A stretch of DNA of 57,828 nt from a virus. Its lineage: Duplodnaviria > Caudoviricetes. Below are positions 26,174-37,200 of this stretch, piece after piece. The position numbers were made by a program, and so were the translations under genes. The stretch is taken from the IMG/VR virus record IMGVR_UViG_3300049795_000023, positions 1 to 57,828 of that record, one strand, 5' to 3'. The notes under the pieces are model-generated. The model made no database searches. It was not told the origin of the DNA and saw only the letters and a list, made by a program, of their open reading frames with translations. Within the stretch, counting starts at the first letter, position 1. Every line of letters begins with the position of its first letter.

Positions 26174-28059
26174 TCGTGTGTCTCCAGCACGAGAGTTTGC
26201 CAGACATTATCCAAGCCTTGTGCCTCGACGCCCACGCTGCGCACCAGGCCCAGGCGAGAAGTCACGCCCTCAACGTAGGAAACGAAACTGCCAGGCTTGA
26301 TGATCCCGGTTTCAGGCAGCACCGGCATGCGCAGCGTGTAGGGTGCCTGCCGGCCCGTGTCGCCGAGGATGGCCAGGCCACGCTGGCGCGCAACGACTTC
26401 GTCGGTGATGAGCGCGTCGACCGCCATGGGCGCCACGAGCGAGCCGTCGCTGCCGTCCTTCGTGATGCGCCCGAGAACGCCCTGCGTGACGCCGCTGACG
26501 TACACCCGATTGAATTCCTGTTTCGTCGTCCATCCGACCGTTTCGCCAACCGCGATGTCCGCGGGGATCGAGTAGTCGGGTACCACCTCTGCGGCCCAGT
26601 TCCACGGTGCTATTGGATAACGCGGAAGTATTCGCAGCGTCATGTCGGTGTCGTGTGGTTGTACGTAGCCACCGGCCGCCGCCGCAATGCGCGTTACCGC
26701 ATCCATGTAGCTGCCGCGGGAATTCCACACGCCGGCCGGCACCGCCCAATCTTCCATTCTGAAATCCAGATCCCAGCCCAGGGGGACGCCGTTGAAAGTC
26801 AACGCGTCTTCCATCAGTTGCTGCGCGGTGCGCTCGAACTCATTGGTAAATGTCAAAACCGGTGACCAGCGGTCGGCCAGGTAGGCATTCTTCCCGCGCC
26901 CGGTAACCGATAGACGAACCTGGCCAAACGACCTGTCGCGCTGAACGTCCTCAGCTAGCACACGGTACGCGTGCCCGTTGATCGTGGCTTCCAACTCCAC
27001 CGGCACGCCGTCGCTGTACTGCAGGTCGCTGAACGCCGACGAGTGCACGCTTGCCCGGAAGCCCCAGGTCCAAGAGTCCATGTCGAGCGTCAACGACATC
27101 CCGAAGCAGGTGATGGGAAGGTTGCCGTCGACTTTGCGTAAATCAAGGGTGTTGATCACGATGTATGCCTGTTTAACTGGAACAACAATTGTCCCGCTAG
27201 GTGGTTGCGCCGGGTGACGCTCGCAGTAGAACACCAGCTGCGTCGTGCCGGCCGGATCTTTGAATGTCAGCGCAACTGCGTCTGCCGGCGGCGGGATGTA
27301 GCAGCGATCATCTTCTGGCTGTGGCACAACCGGAAGTGCAATGCCCGCGGGCGGCGGGATACCGTCTTGATATTTGACGTAGGTCCACAGCTCCAGCGGC
27401 AGCGCAATGCCCCATCCGCCATCAAACGTACTGATGAGGCGAATGGCGTCCTGGTAGCGTCCTGTGGCCCATGCCCCGATGTAATTGAGCATGTCGGCGT
27501 AGCGCCCGACGACTTCGCCCACTGTCGGCAGTAAACAATCCTGGTAGCGCCCGGCGACCTGGTCATACACCGGCAGCCCGTCTTGATAGCGAGCAGTCAT
27601 CTCACCGTCGACGAAGATGCCATCTTGGTAATTGACGATAAGGTCGCTACCCCGGCTCAAGCCGTCTTGATGCGCTGCGATTGCCTCGCCGTCCAAACGC
27701 AAACTATCCTGATGTTTGGCTGCGAATGATTCCTGCATTGACAGCCCGTCTTGGTACAGGCCGTCAAAGCTCGCAAAATCACTCAGGCAATCTTGAAATT
27801 TAGAACTGACCTCTTCGGCCAGGGGGCGGTCGACGTTGATGTCAAACGTCGCTTCCGCACTAAAGCCTGGCAGCGGGACGGCAGCTGCCAGATCAGCGTC
27901 GTAGTTGATGCTGACAACCGCAGCGAACGCCGGCAGTGGAAGCGTCCCCAGCAAGACGGCTTCGTAGTCGGTCGGTTCGTGGGCTTCACCGAAGACGAGG
28001 CGGAGTGCAGACCCATCCGTCGACGCCGGCTGCTGGAAGACAAGACGGAAGATTGTCAT
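26170..28059 (-). CDS. tail tip/hub protein with 14-aa YQDG repeats
   Basis: Position in tail module; about 11 periodic repeats; C-terminal hub-like domain. Confidence 0.75.
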   Translation of the reverse strand: MTIFRLVFQQPASTDGSALRLVFGEAHEPTDYEAVLLGTLPLPAFAAVVSINYDADLAAAVPLPGFSAEATFDINVDRPLAEEVSSKFQDCLSDFASFDGLYQDGLSMQESFAAKHQDSLRLDGEAIAAHQDGLSRGSDLIVNYQDGIFVDGEMTARYQDGLPVYDQVAGRYQDCLLPTVGEVVGRYADMLNYIGAWATGRYQDAIRLISTFDGGWGIALPLELWTYVKYQDGIPPPAGIALPVVPQPEDDRCYIPPPADAVALTFKDPAGTTQLVFYCERHPAQPPSGTIVVPVKQAYIVINTLDLRKVDGNLPITCFGMSLTLDMDSWTWGFRASVHSSAFSDLQYSDGVPVELEATINGHAYRVLAEDVQRDRSFGQVRLSVTGRGKNAYLADRWSPVLTFTNEFERTAQQLMEDALTFNGVPLGWDLDFRMEDWAVPAGVWNSRGSYMDAVTRIAAAAGGYVQPHDTDMTLRILPRYPIAPWNWAAEVVPDYSIPADIAVGETVGWTTKQEFNRVYVSGVTQGVLGRITKDGSDGSLVAPMAVDALITDEVVARQRGLAILGDTGRQAPYTLRMPVLPETGIIKPGSFVSYVEGVTSRLGLVRSVGVEAQGLDNVWQTLVLETHE

Positions 28060-28060
28060 T

Positions 28061-28468
28061 TCAGAATTGGAATCTAGCAGATGTCAGACTTACCAGGCCG
28101 CCCGCAAAGATAGGGTCGCCGTCTGAAACTGACAGCTTCACCGCGCCGGTGCCGTCCGCGCCGCTTGCGTCAAAATCGACAAACGCCTGCGAGTTGCCAT
28201 CGAAGAGTAGCGCCCACTGCGGGACACCTGAAGCCAGCACCATGGACGATGCGCCAGCGGTAACCAGATCGAGAGCTACATCACCTTCGTCAATGGTGCC
28301 CGCCGGATCGTCAAGCGTGAAGACCACCAACGCAGTGGACGCCCCCAGGTTGTTGCGCGTGCCGGTATAGACGACAAGCACCGGCGCATCGCTTCCATCC
28401 TGCATCTTGGCCAGGAGTCCTTCGAGCAAGCCGATCTTGGCCAAGCTTGTGAAATGTGAATCAGCCAT
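28061..28468 (-). CDS. small virion structural (fibre subunit-like) protein
   Basis: Beta-rich 135 aa, VYTGT...LVVFTL...G...WA; tail-module position. Confidence 0.65.
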   Translation of the reverse strand: MADSHFTSLAKIGLLEGLLAKMQDGSDAPVLVVYTGTRNNLGASTALVVFTLDDPAGTIDEGDVALDLVTAGASSMVLASGVPQWALLFDGNSQAFVDFDASGADGTGAVKLSVSDGDPIFAGGLVSLTSARFQF

Positions 28469-28469
28469 G

Positions 28470-28859
28470 TCACATCACCTCTGGGACAACGCCGTCCGCA
28501 ATTACCGCGCGGAACGTCGGCACGGTGTTGTAAAACGCAATGACGACGTATTTGCGGGTCGCATCAATGTACGTGAATTCCCATTCGCCATCAGCATCGC
28601 TGGTAACCATGTCGATGGCAATCATGGTTAGCTGATCTATCAGGTAGACCCGTCGATCGGCAATCGGCAAATCTGGAAAGCCATCTACCTCAGTCGTGCC
28701 GCTTATCTTGCCTTGTCCCTTGAAATTTATATTTCTGAAAACGGTGATGAAGCGATCCCCTACCCGCTCTAACTCGACCCGAGTTGGCTTGGCCAGGGTT
28801 GGGGTGATCTGTATAGAAGGCTGGAAGACCTCCAGCACAGCGGCAACGACATCAGCCAT
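28470..28859 (-). CDS. tail-associated small beta-sandwich protein
   Basis: ISGT...RRVYL...SDADGEWEF...YVVIA...AVIAD. Confidence 0.65.
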   Translation of the reverse strand: MADVVAAVLEVFQPSIQITPTLAKPTRVELERVGDRFITVFRNINFKGQGKISGTTEVDGFPDLPIADRRVYLIDQLTMIAIDMVTSDADGEWEFTYIDATRKYVVIAFYNTVPTFRAVIADGVVPEVM

Positions 28860-28863
28860 GGCA

Positions 28864-30075
28864 TCAAGCCCACGGGCCGGTGAAGTCGATCGCGCCGCAC
28901 GCCGAACTCGGCAGCCCGAGTATTACCAGCTTGCGCCCGGTGAGCCCCACCGTGGAACTGACCTTGTCCTTGTGGGCAAGCCCGCCGGCTATCGGGCCGT
29001 TATGCGGAATGAAATAGATGCCGCGCAGCGAGCCGCGCCATGCGCCGATCGACACGCTGGTCATGTCAGCTACCATTATCGGAGACACAACCAGAGCGTT
29101 GTCTGCCGGATTCGGATATGTCAAGGCAAGAGTGCCATTCGGCGTACCGCTCATGCCGCTATTCGTCGGGTCGGATATGGGGCTGCTGGCATGGCGAGTC
29201 GATTTGATGGCTGACCCTACTCCTGAAATTGCTCGCGGTAGGTAGAACCCGTCAGCCAATGTGCTGTTGGCATTGCTGCAACTGAAAAATACATCGTAGG
29301 TGCTTGCGCCACTGCCGCCCGTTGCTGCAGTAGAACTCGAATAGTTGATGAACGCGCAGTAGGCGTCTGAGGATTTTCGCGAAGCAAAATCGCCAAAGCC
29401 TACCGTCAAGCCGGTAGTCAATGCTGCATTCGTCGGAGTCATCCACAGGTAGAACGTCTTGTCGTCGCCGACGAGTACCCATTGCCGCGCAGTTGAATCT
29501 GCCGTCGACGACTTCGGCCAGTAGCCTCCGCCACTGAGTTGAGCAGCAGTCGGAAACGGGCCGCTTCCCGTATTGATGTCCGTCATTGCCTCGTAGCCGA
29601 CGACACGTGCACTTGTCGTGCCGGTGTCGTCGACGCGCAGAATCATTCCGCTGGCCAGGCCGTTTGATGACTTGTAGGCGACAACGTTGGTACCGGCCGT
29701 GACTGGCGCGTTATTCCATCCAAGCGGCGCGAACTTCGCAGTGATTGTGCCGCCTGCAGTCTGATTTGAAATTCCCGTGGCATCGAATGTGAACACGTTG
29801 GCGCTGGGCACGGTCAGCACCTTGACTTCACCATTGATGCTTCCGCCGCTGACGGTTGCGCCCGCAATCAGCGCGATCGAATCGACCTCGAACGGATGCC
29901 CGGCGCTGCGCGTTGCGGTTGCGATGCCGCCGCTGATGACAAGTGAATCCAGCGTCACCGATCCGAAGCCGTCTGTCAGCACGGCATTCAACAGCGACAC
30001 CATGGCACCAGCCTGGCCAGACAGCGCAGGCGCACCCGTCAGCGCGCTGTGCAGATACTTAACGACGTTGCTCAT
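28864..30075 (-). CDS. tail fibre/receptor-binding-like protein
   Basis: Gly/Ser/Thr-rich 403 aa, GAPALSGQAG..LL.AVL.DGFG N-terminus; position. Confidence 0.7.
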   Translation of the reverse strand: MSNVVKYLHSALTGAPALSGQAGAMVSLLNAVLTDGFGSVTLDSLVISGGIATATRSAGHPFEVDSIALIAGATVSGGSINGEVKVLTVPSANVFTFDATGISNQTAGGTITAKFAPLGWNNAPVTAGTNVVAYKSSNGLASGMILRVDDTGTTSARVVGYEAMTDINTGSGPFPTAAQLSGGGYWPKSSTADSTARQWVLVGDDKTFYLWMTPTNAALTTGLTVGFGDFASRKSSDAYCAFINYSSSTAATGGSGASTYDVFFSCSNANSTLADGFYLPRAISGVGSAIKSTRHASSPISDPTNSGMSGTPNGTLALTYPNPADNALVVSPIMVADMTSVSIGAWRGSLRGIYFIPHNGPIAGGLAHKDKVSSTVGLTGRKLVILGLPSSACGAIDFTGPWA

Positions 30076-30105
30076 TTCAAGTTTCCTCTTTGTTAATCGT
30101 CAAAT

Positions 30106-33100
30106 TCAGATCGGATTGTCGACGCTACCGCGGGCCAGGATTACAAACTTGTCGTCTGTCACCGTTGCCGCTCCCTGCTGCACAGTCTGCAGTACCCACG
30201 CCGGGTAGTAGCCGCCCACTGTGTTGAAGCGGAACACGTTGCCGGTGGCCCAGCCCAGGCCCCAGCCTTCGCTTGGGATTTCAAAATAAGGCTCACCGCT
30301 CGCAGGATTCAGCGGAGCGCAGTCGTCGGAGGTGTTGCCTACTGCGATAACGCCGACGTGTTCACCGATCACCTGGAAGGCGCTCGTGTTCGTGAACTTG
30401 ACCGCCCAGCGCTCAGTCAAGCAGCCCTTGTTTGTCACGACAATTGGATAAGCCGCGTTGTTGAACGTACCGGGCGCAGGATCTCCCTGCTGAACATTGC
30501 TCCAAGATGGGTGGAACGTCGCTTCATCAAACACAATCGACACGCGGGCCTTGATGTCTCCCATGATCAGCGCACTCGACACGTAGGTATCGTCGATTGG
30601 GTAATCGTGGCTGACTGCGGACGTGAGCTTCAGCGAACCGTCGATCAGGGCTTCGGCAATCTGCCGCATGTCTTCAATGCGATGCTCGACGTGTACCGGC
30701 TGGGAGTAGCCTGTGACATCCGTGAATGTCAGAACGCCGGTGTTCAGATTGACCGTGTAGCCGGCCGAGATGACGACACCGTTATTGCCGATGAGACGTG
30801 CGCGTGACAGCCGCTCGCGGCCGCAATTGACTGTGCCCCCGTTGGTTGCTGTGGCCGGCGAAGTGCTTTGCGTGTTACCAATGACGACGAACTTACCTGG
30901 CCGGAATATGGGCACGCGGCCATCCTGCGGCAGCCGCACAGGATCGAGCCCAAGGATCTCAGCGTCCAACGGCAAGTAGAAATATGCCACCGCGTTGTAG
31001 CGCATCGTTTCTGGATCAATTGGATGAGGTTTCCAGATCTTGCTATCCGACACGCGGATGTCATCTACGTTGTACCACCACTGCGTTTTTTCTTCGGCAG
31101 TCAATCCTGAATCAAGCACGTAAGAGCCGAACTGCACTTCGACCAGACCGCTTTGATAGTCGATCTTGCCGTGAATGAAATCTCCGGCCAGGTTTCCGTC
31201 ATTGTCTGATGTGCCGATCAACTGCTGGCCACTCACGTCCAAGACGCTGAACACCAGGCCGCTAGGCTGCAGCGGTGCAAGGATCGCATTGAATGTGATG
31301 TTCGCAATGTGCTCGCGCGGCTTACGCGTCCACAGACTGTTGAGCGTAAGCGCTGACGCCGGGCCGTCGACAACGTAGTAAGCCATCTTCGCCGTGCCGG
31401 CTGTGTAATCCATCGAGCCACAGCCAATTCCAGGATCGAAATTTGTACGGTTGATGTAGATCGTACCCTCGAAGTCGTCGTACACGTTGTTCATCCAGGT
31501 GAAGCGAACGCTTCCAGGCACGACCGTATCGGATGTGTACGGGCACAGATCCAGCACGACACCCGGTGGCTGATAAGTCATCGTGTGCGAAGTAGCACTC
31601 GGGCTGCCCGTTTGGTAGCGCACGACCAGGGAGTCTTCGCCGAAGGTTTCCTTGCAAGTGGCGTTGTTGAATTCACCACCCTTCGCTGTCGCGCTGCCCC
31701 CGCCACCACTGGCCGCAGTAGTGCTTGCACCACCACCTGCAGTCGTTGTAGCTTGGCCAGTTTCGTTCATTGACTCGAACTCTTTGGCTTCTTCGTAATT
31801 AGACTCGTATGCCTTTTCGGAATAGTCGTTGCGTACCTTCAGCGTGAAAGTCTTGTCGCCGTAAAGGATTTCGCCGAACGTGCCAAACCAGCTGCCGTCA
31901 CCATCGTCGGTTATCTGGTGCGCGACAGTTACGGAATTCTTCGCCGTCTGTGATGACGACGTACTGTAAGTCGCGCCCTGCGACGTGCTTGCACTGCCTG
32001 TGCCACTGGTGCTGCTGCTGGTTGTCGTTGTGACGGGTGCCTTGGTCGTCACCGCGTACTCGATACCTGTTGGCATGTTCCATGACGGCGACGAGGTTCC
32101 GGTGGCTGCATACATGCTGTAGCTGTCCGGGTAGGTAACGCTGCTGGCCACTACCGACGATTGCTCTTTCGGCATGTTGTAGGCTGCAGCGACCTCGGGC
32201 GTATACGAACGGTAATTCTTCGTCGTGTCCACCATGGCAGTCGTCGTCGCAGTCGTGTTGCTGCTTGACGAATTCGTCATGCTGGATTTGTTCGTGCTTC
32301 CCGATGCCGATGTTGCGCCGCTGCTAATCGACGTTTCACGCACTGTCAACCATTCGGCGCGCAGCGTGCCGGCAACCGGGACCGCATCAAGTTCAATGTT
32401 TATCGTGCCGGTGCTATCAGGGCTTAACCCAGTGAACGATTGTTCCTCCATCGTCTTGTAGTTATAGGTGATCGAGAACTCTCCGCCGGCATCAATCATG
32501 CTGTTAGGCACAATTGTCAAAATGCCTGTCTGATAGACGATAGAGCCCGTGGCGTCCCCTGTCAGCTTGCCGGTGCCGTTGTCGCTCGCGTTGACGACAT
32601 CCCCTGCAGATGTCCATTCGATCGCCAGACTACTCGGAACAATATTGTCGTGATCTAGATCGAATGTATAACTTGGCTTGCGAAAGTCGGCCAGCTGTCC
32701 TTGACGGTTCGTATACGCAGTGTTCGGACCGAAGTAGATGATGACTGCGGAACGATCGTCAGGCATGGCGCCAAGCGTCACCTGAATACTGCCGGTGGTG
32801 TAGTTGATGGTGCCGCTACCGCTGCCTGTTAGCGCGCCTTCGCCGTCATCGGTCACGACGTAGTTGCTCCCCTGTGCCCGGAAGTGCACAAAGACCGAGC
32901 CCGGCGCAGGAAGCGGGCTGAGAATCGAAACGTAATTGAATGAACGATTCTCCTGGCCAATCTTTACCCGTTGCGAAAATGTCGAGCCGCCTACTTCGAC
33001 TTCGCGCGGGGACAGTGCTAGCGTTTGAGAAAACTGTGCAGACGGCCGGCGATCAAGTAGTGCAGTTTCCGTTCGCGAGCTTGGGACCAGGGGGACAAAG

Positions 33101-33858
33101 ATGTCTTCGACCTTGATTGCAAATTCACCAAGATCTATTTCCTGAGACAGCTTTACCGTACCGTGATAGTCGGCTGCGTCCGCGACAATCGTGTCTCTGA
33201 CAATTGTCTGAGTGCCGCCTCGCGTGAACGAGCGATTAGCAGCCGTACCAGGAAAGTCGAAACTCAGCGGGCTGCTGATGTCGAGCGTGACGATGTTGGC
33301 TTGATAATCATGATCGTCGTTGTAGGTGAAGGTGCGTTCCTCTACCGTTACGTCAATGACGCGCACGTATTGTTCCTTCTGATCCCCTTCGCCCTCATGC
33401 CAACGCAGGCAGAGCGTGCGGCCGATGGGTGGGATGCTGGCATTCAGGCGTTGAAACAGCTGGATCGAGCGCTGCCCGGCAATGTGATTTTCATAGAGAA
33501 AGCCTGGCCATTCATTGGCCGCGTTGAGATACGCTTCGACGCGGCTCGTCGCTTCTGCGCGCGTGTCGAAGATATCTCCGGTCGTGAAAAGTGTATTGCT
33601 GACCAGGGGGTCTGCCGGTGGAATGGCAATTATCAAATTACTTCCGGCGTATTTGTCCGTATCATCCGTCTGCACTGCGACGAAGATCTTTCGTGCCTTG
33701 ACCTGGCCGCCGGCGCGGGCCAGCTCGCTGATGTCGTCGAATATTTCGTTGCTGACAGCGCTCACAATGACATCGCTAGATGGCGGACCCCCGCCCTCAG
33801 GAACGTCATCCATGACCGACGACTTAATCAGTTTTACGTCGCCTTGTAGAATTGCCAT
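30106..33858 (-). CDS. large tail tip structural protein (1250 aa)
   Basis: Repeated D.G.G.LTG..G.INY.TG beta motifs; position downstream of tape measure. Confidence 0.8.
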   Translation of the reverse strand: MAILQGDVKLIKSSVMDDVPEGGGPPSSDVIVSAVSNEIFDDISELARAGGQVKARKIFVAVQTDDTDKYAGSNLIIAIPPADPLVSNTLFTTGDIFDTRAEATSRVEAYLNAANEWPGFLYENHIAGQRSIQLFQRLNASIPPIGRTLCLRWHEGEGDQKEQYVRVIDVTVEERTFTYNDDHDYQANIVTLDISSPLSFDFPGTAANRSFTRGGTQTIVRDTIVADAADYHGTVKLSQEIDLGEFAIKVEDIFVPLVPSSRTETALLDRRPSAQFSQTLALSPREVEVGGSTFSQRVKIGQENRSFNYVSILSPLPAPGSVFVHFRAQGSNYVVTDDGEGALTGSGSGTINYTTGSIQVTLGAMPDDRSAVIIYFGPNTAYTNRQGQLADFRKPSYTFDLDHDNIVPSSLAIEWTSAGDVVNASDNGTGKLTGDATGSIVYQTGILTIVPNSMIDAGGEFSITYNYKTMEEQSFTGLSPDSTGTINIELDAVPVAGTLRAEWLTVRETSISSGATSASGSTNKSSMTNSSSSNTTATTTAMVDTTKNYRSYTPEVAAAYNMPKEQSSVVASSVTYPDSYSMYAATGTSSPSWNMPTGIEYAVTTKAPVTTTTSSSTSGTGSASTSQGATYSTSSSQTAKNSVTVAHQITDDGDGSWFGTFGEILYGDKTFTLKVRNDYSEKAYESNYEEAKEFESMNETGQATTTAGGGASTTAASGGGGSATAKGGEFNNATCKETFGEDSLVVRYQTGSPSATSHTMTYQPPGVVLDLCPYTSDTVVPGSVRFTWMNNVYDDFEGTIYINRTNFDPGIGCGSMDYTAGTAKMAYYVVDGPASALTLNSLWTRKPREHIANITFNAILAPLQPSGLVFSVLDVSGQQLIGTSDNDGNLAGDFIHGKIDYQSGLVEVQFGSYVLDSGLTAEEKTQWWYNVDDIRVSDSKIWKPHPIDPETMRYNAVAYFYLPLDAEILGLDPVRLPQDGRVPIFRPGKFVVIGNTQSTSPATATNGGTVNCGRERLSRARLIGNNGVVISAGYTVNLNTGVLTFTDVTGYSQPVHVEHRIEDMRQIAEALIDGSLKLTSAVSHDYPIDDTYVSSALIMGDIKARVSIVFDEATFHPSWSNVQQGDPAPGTFNNAAYPIVVTNKGCLTERWAVKFTNTSAFQVIGEHVGVIAVGNTSDDCAPLNPASGEPYFEIPSEGWGLGWATGNVFRFNTVGGYYPAWVLQTVQQGAATVTDDKFVILARGSVDNPI

Positions 33859-34268
33859 TATTCAATCTCCTGCAAACGGATTGTGACCAGATAGAAGTCA
33901 GTTGTTTCGACATCATCGGCGCGGTAGAAAACAACCGGGACCGCTTCGACGCCCGGACCGTCTTGATGGCGGAACATCACGTTTTTCGTGACGCCGCCAA
34001 TGCTCAAGCTCATCACTCTGCCGGCCACGTTAGCCCAGCTGCGCAGCACGGCCAGGGTTGCGCCCGACATCCACGCACTGCTTTCGTCGGGTGGATGTAG
34101 CGTGATTGGCTGCCCCAGCAGCATCTGGCCGGTCTGCACGATCAGCGCGCCGGTGATGCTGCGCTGCGCGGTCTGAATGACGGCTTGCCAGCTGTGCTCT
34201 TCGCTCCATTGCATGTCCGGGTGCAGCACACACGGGGTGCTGTCGTAGGTGAGCGTGATTCCTGGCAT
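33858..34268 (-). CDS. distal tail-like protein
   Basis: Immediately follows the tape measure; W.EE..W..V.Q...RSITGAL. Confidence 0.7.
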   Translation of the reverse strand: MPGITLTYDSTPCVLHPDMQWSEEHSWQAVIQTAQRSITGALIVQTGQMLLGQPITLHPPDESSAWMSGATLAVLRSWANVAGRVMSLSIGGVTKNVMFRHQDGPGVEAVPVVFYRADDVETTDFYLVTIRLQEIE

Positions 34269-37200
34269 TTAAGAAGCTCCTGCGCGTGAGGCTGCGTTTG
34301 CGATGTTTCTGACCGTCGATTCCAGCGCGCGTAGATCGGCCAGGGAGGCTACATTGATGCGCGACGACTGCCCGTCGATGACGATCGTCGTGCTGTAGCT
34401 TAAGGCCGCCGCCCGTGCGCCGGCAGACGATCCCCCTACGGTAGCACCACCTGTCGCTGCGCTGCCTGACGTTGCGCCAGCGCCCCCCGTATCTACGGTG
34501 CTGCCGCCCAGCGCTGCACCGGATGTAGCGCCTGTGTCTGCAACCGCGCCAGTATCGGTGGCAGATCCGGTCGAATCATGCCCGATGTGAACCTTGTCGC
34601 CTGTCTGCGTTTTGAATTTCAATTCGCCGTTATCGACATCGAGTGTCAAACCTAGCTGACTGGCGAAAGAGCGAAGTTCAGATGTTGGCTGGCCGTTGTT
34701 TGCGGCAAATACCAATTGCGCGTACTTGGCAAAAGCAGCTTGCTTTATCGCCATTGACGCGCTTGAATTCAGGATTGAAGTGAATGCAGTCCTGGCCGCG
34801 TTCGCATTGCTGTCGATCGTGCTTGGCGAATCGAGCCCCAACACCTCGTAGGGATCTGTGGGAGGAGGCGGCGCAGGTGACGCAGGCGGAGTTGACGGAC
34901 GAACCCCAGCACCGCCGGAACCGAACACGCTCCCCAGTCCGCCCGTATTGCTCGTGTCGCCGGCGGACCTGCCACCGCCTACCGACCCGCCACTCTTGCG
35001 AAGCCAGTAGCCGACACCAGGGACGTTGTAATTGGATTTAGCTGTCGAGCGACTGTTAGCAGCATCTGAAACAAACTCCCAGTCCCCCGACGAATCTGGC
35101 GGTTGAAGCTGCGAACCTGCCGTGATGCGTTGCCCATTGCTGTCAGTCGCGAAGCCTTGCTTGTCGTAGGTTGCGCCGCCGACTGTGCTTCGGACCTTCG
35201 CATTCTGTTCGGTGATGCCGTCCAGCTTGGAAAAGTTGTTGCCCGCAGAACCTGGCGCAGAGCTGGCTATCAGTTGCTTGCGCCTAAGCGCGTCAATTTC
35301 TGCGTCGATGCCCTTGATTCCCTCCCTGCGCTGTCCGTTCTCAAGCCTCATCGCATCTGCATTAAGCTCGCGCAATTTCAATTCGTCTTGCTTTGCCTGC
35401 GTCAGCGGCCCCGTCGCCTCGTATTCGGCACGCGTCTTCTCAGTCTGTTCGACGTACTGCGCGATCTGCCTGTCCTTGCTCGCGATGCTTTCTAGTTGAA
35501 TCTTCTGCTCAAGCTGGCGGATTGTTATCGCAGAGGAAAGCGCGTCGACCTCGTTGCCGGTCGCCTTCGCAATAGCTTCGCTGGTTTTCGCTTTCGCAAT
35601 CGAAATATCAACTGTCGCGGTGCTAACCTTGTTCGATGCAACTTCAATTTCGGTTTTGCGCGATATAGCTGCAATTGCGTCTTTATAGGCATCTTGTTCC
35701 AGTATCAATGCACGTGATGCTGCAGCAACTCCCTTTGCATAATCTTCCTGGCTTATCCGGCCGGCAACAAGTAGCTTTGTCAATTCTGAAATCGTTATGC
35801 GCGCCTTATCTCCAGCCGCCTTGAACTCATCCAGCCTGGACGCGTTGTCACGATAGACTTCGGCAGCCAGCTTGCGAGCTTCCATTTCAAGCCTGGCCGA
35901 CTCTGCTGACGCCTTGTCTTTCGCGACAAGCTCTTCTGTCTTGGCGATTTGCAGGTCTAACTTGGCAACCGCCTTGGTTCGCTCGCCGTTAACATCGCCC
36001 ATGCTGATAATCAAGAACTGCATTTGATTGCGTTCGGAAATCATCGAATCGACTTGCTTCTGGCGCGTTGCCGCCAAGTCAGCTTCAGCGGCCATCGTCA
36101 GGCGAGAAGCTTCAGTCAGCCCCTGGAGAATTGATTCCTGATTTGTCGAAACCTTATTCAGTTCTTCGATTGACTTGACCTGCTGCTTCACCGCTTCCGT
36201 GTGCAGCTCTGCAGTCTTGACCTGTGCATCAAGAATGACATTTGCCTTGTCATATGCAAGGCCTAATTGAATCCATTTATTGCCGGCGCCACTCGCTTGT
36301 GTGCCGGCAGATTCAGTCGCAGCTCCGACTTTTGTCTGAGCGGTTGCGTTGCTTGTCGCGGCACCGGCGGCAGACGTATGAGCAGCCGCATTGGCCTTGA
36401 CCCCGTCTACTGCACCCGCATGAGCTTCGCCGGCTGACTCCGCCGCTGCGCCTGACTTGACCAGGGTCGTCGTTGTCTTTGCGGCAGCTGTGCCTAGGCT
36501 CTCAAGACTTTTGCCCGTCTCTCCAGACGCGAGCGTTATCGCGTTGTATGAATCGACATTGCGCGAAGTCGCCTCGCCAAGCTTGTTCCAACGGGCCTCG
36601 CTGCGCTTTGTATAATCTGCTTCTATGTCGTTGGCTTGTTTCAGAGCTTCACGCAGATTCAGGTCTATCATCCCAGCAATGAGCGTTGCTGCCTGTCGTA
36701 TACGCGTGGTCAGACCATCGAACGTACTGCCAATTACAAAACCAATTGTAGACAGTATCTGGCTGACACCTAGCAACACGACTTTAAGCGTGTCCCACGC
36801 GCCAGTGTCTGCGACTTGCGTAGAGACATCTGCAATTGAATTCTTCAGATTGGCCCAGATCTGCGACATCGTCGACGCAGCTTCGCCTGTCTTGTCGAAT
36901 GCATTCGCCATTGCCGGAAGCAGATCGCTGGCCAGCAACTTACCTTCGCTAGTCAGCTTCAACAGGTCCTGCAGCGTGATCCCGAGTGCATCGGCAGCGC
37001 GCTTCAGCGCACCGGGCAGTGCATCGCCCAGCTGGTTTTTCAATTCCTCAAGCTGGACGGTGCCCTTCGACGCGATCTGTCCGAATGCGTTGAGGATGTT
37101 GCTGACCTTGTCGGTCGACAGACCCAGCCTGGACGCTTCGTTTGCAACGCCTTTGAACAGATCGTTCGTCAGCTGCAGCCCGTATCCGCTCGTATGCATT

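Noticed and set aside
34770-34860. DPYEVLGL in the tape measure as a DnaJ J-domain
   Set aside because: No HPD motif and spacing does not fit
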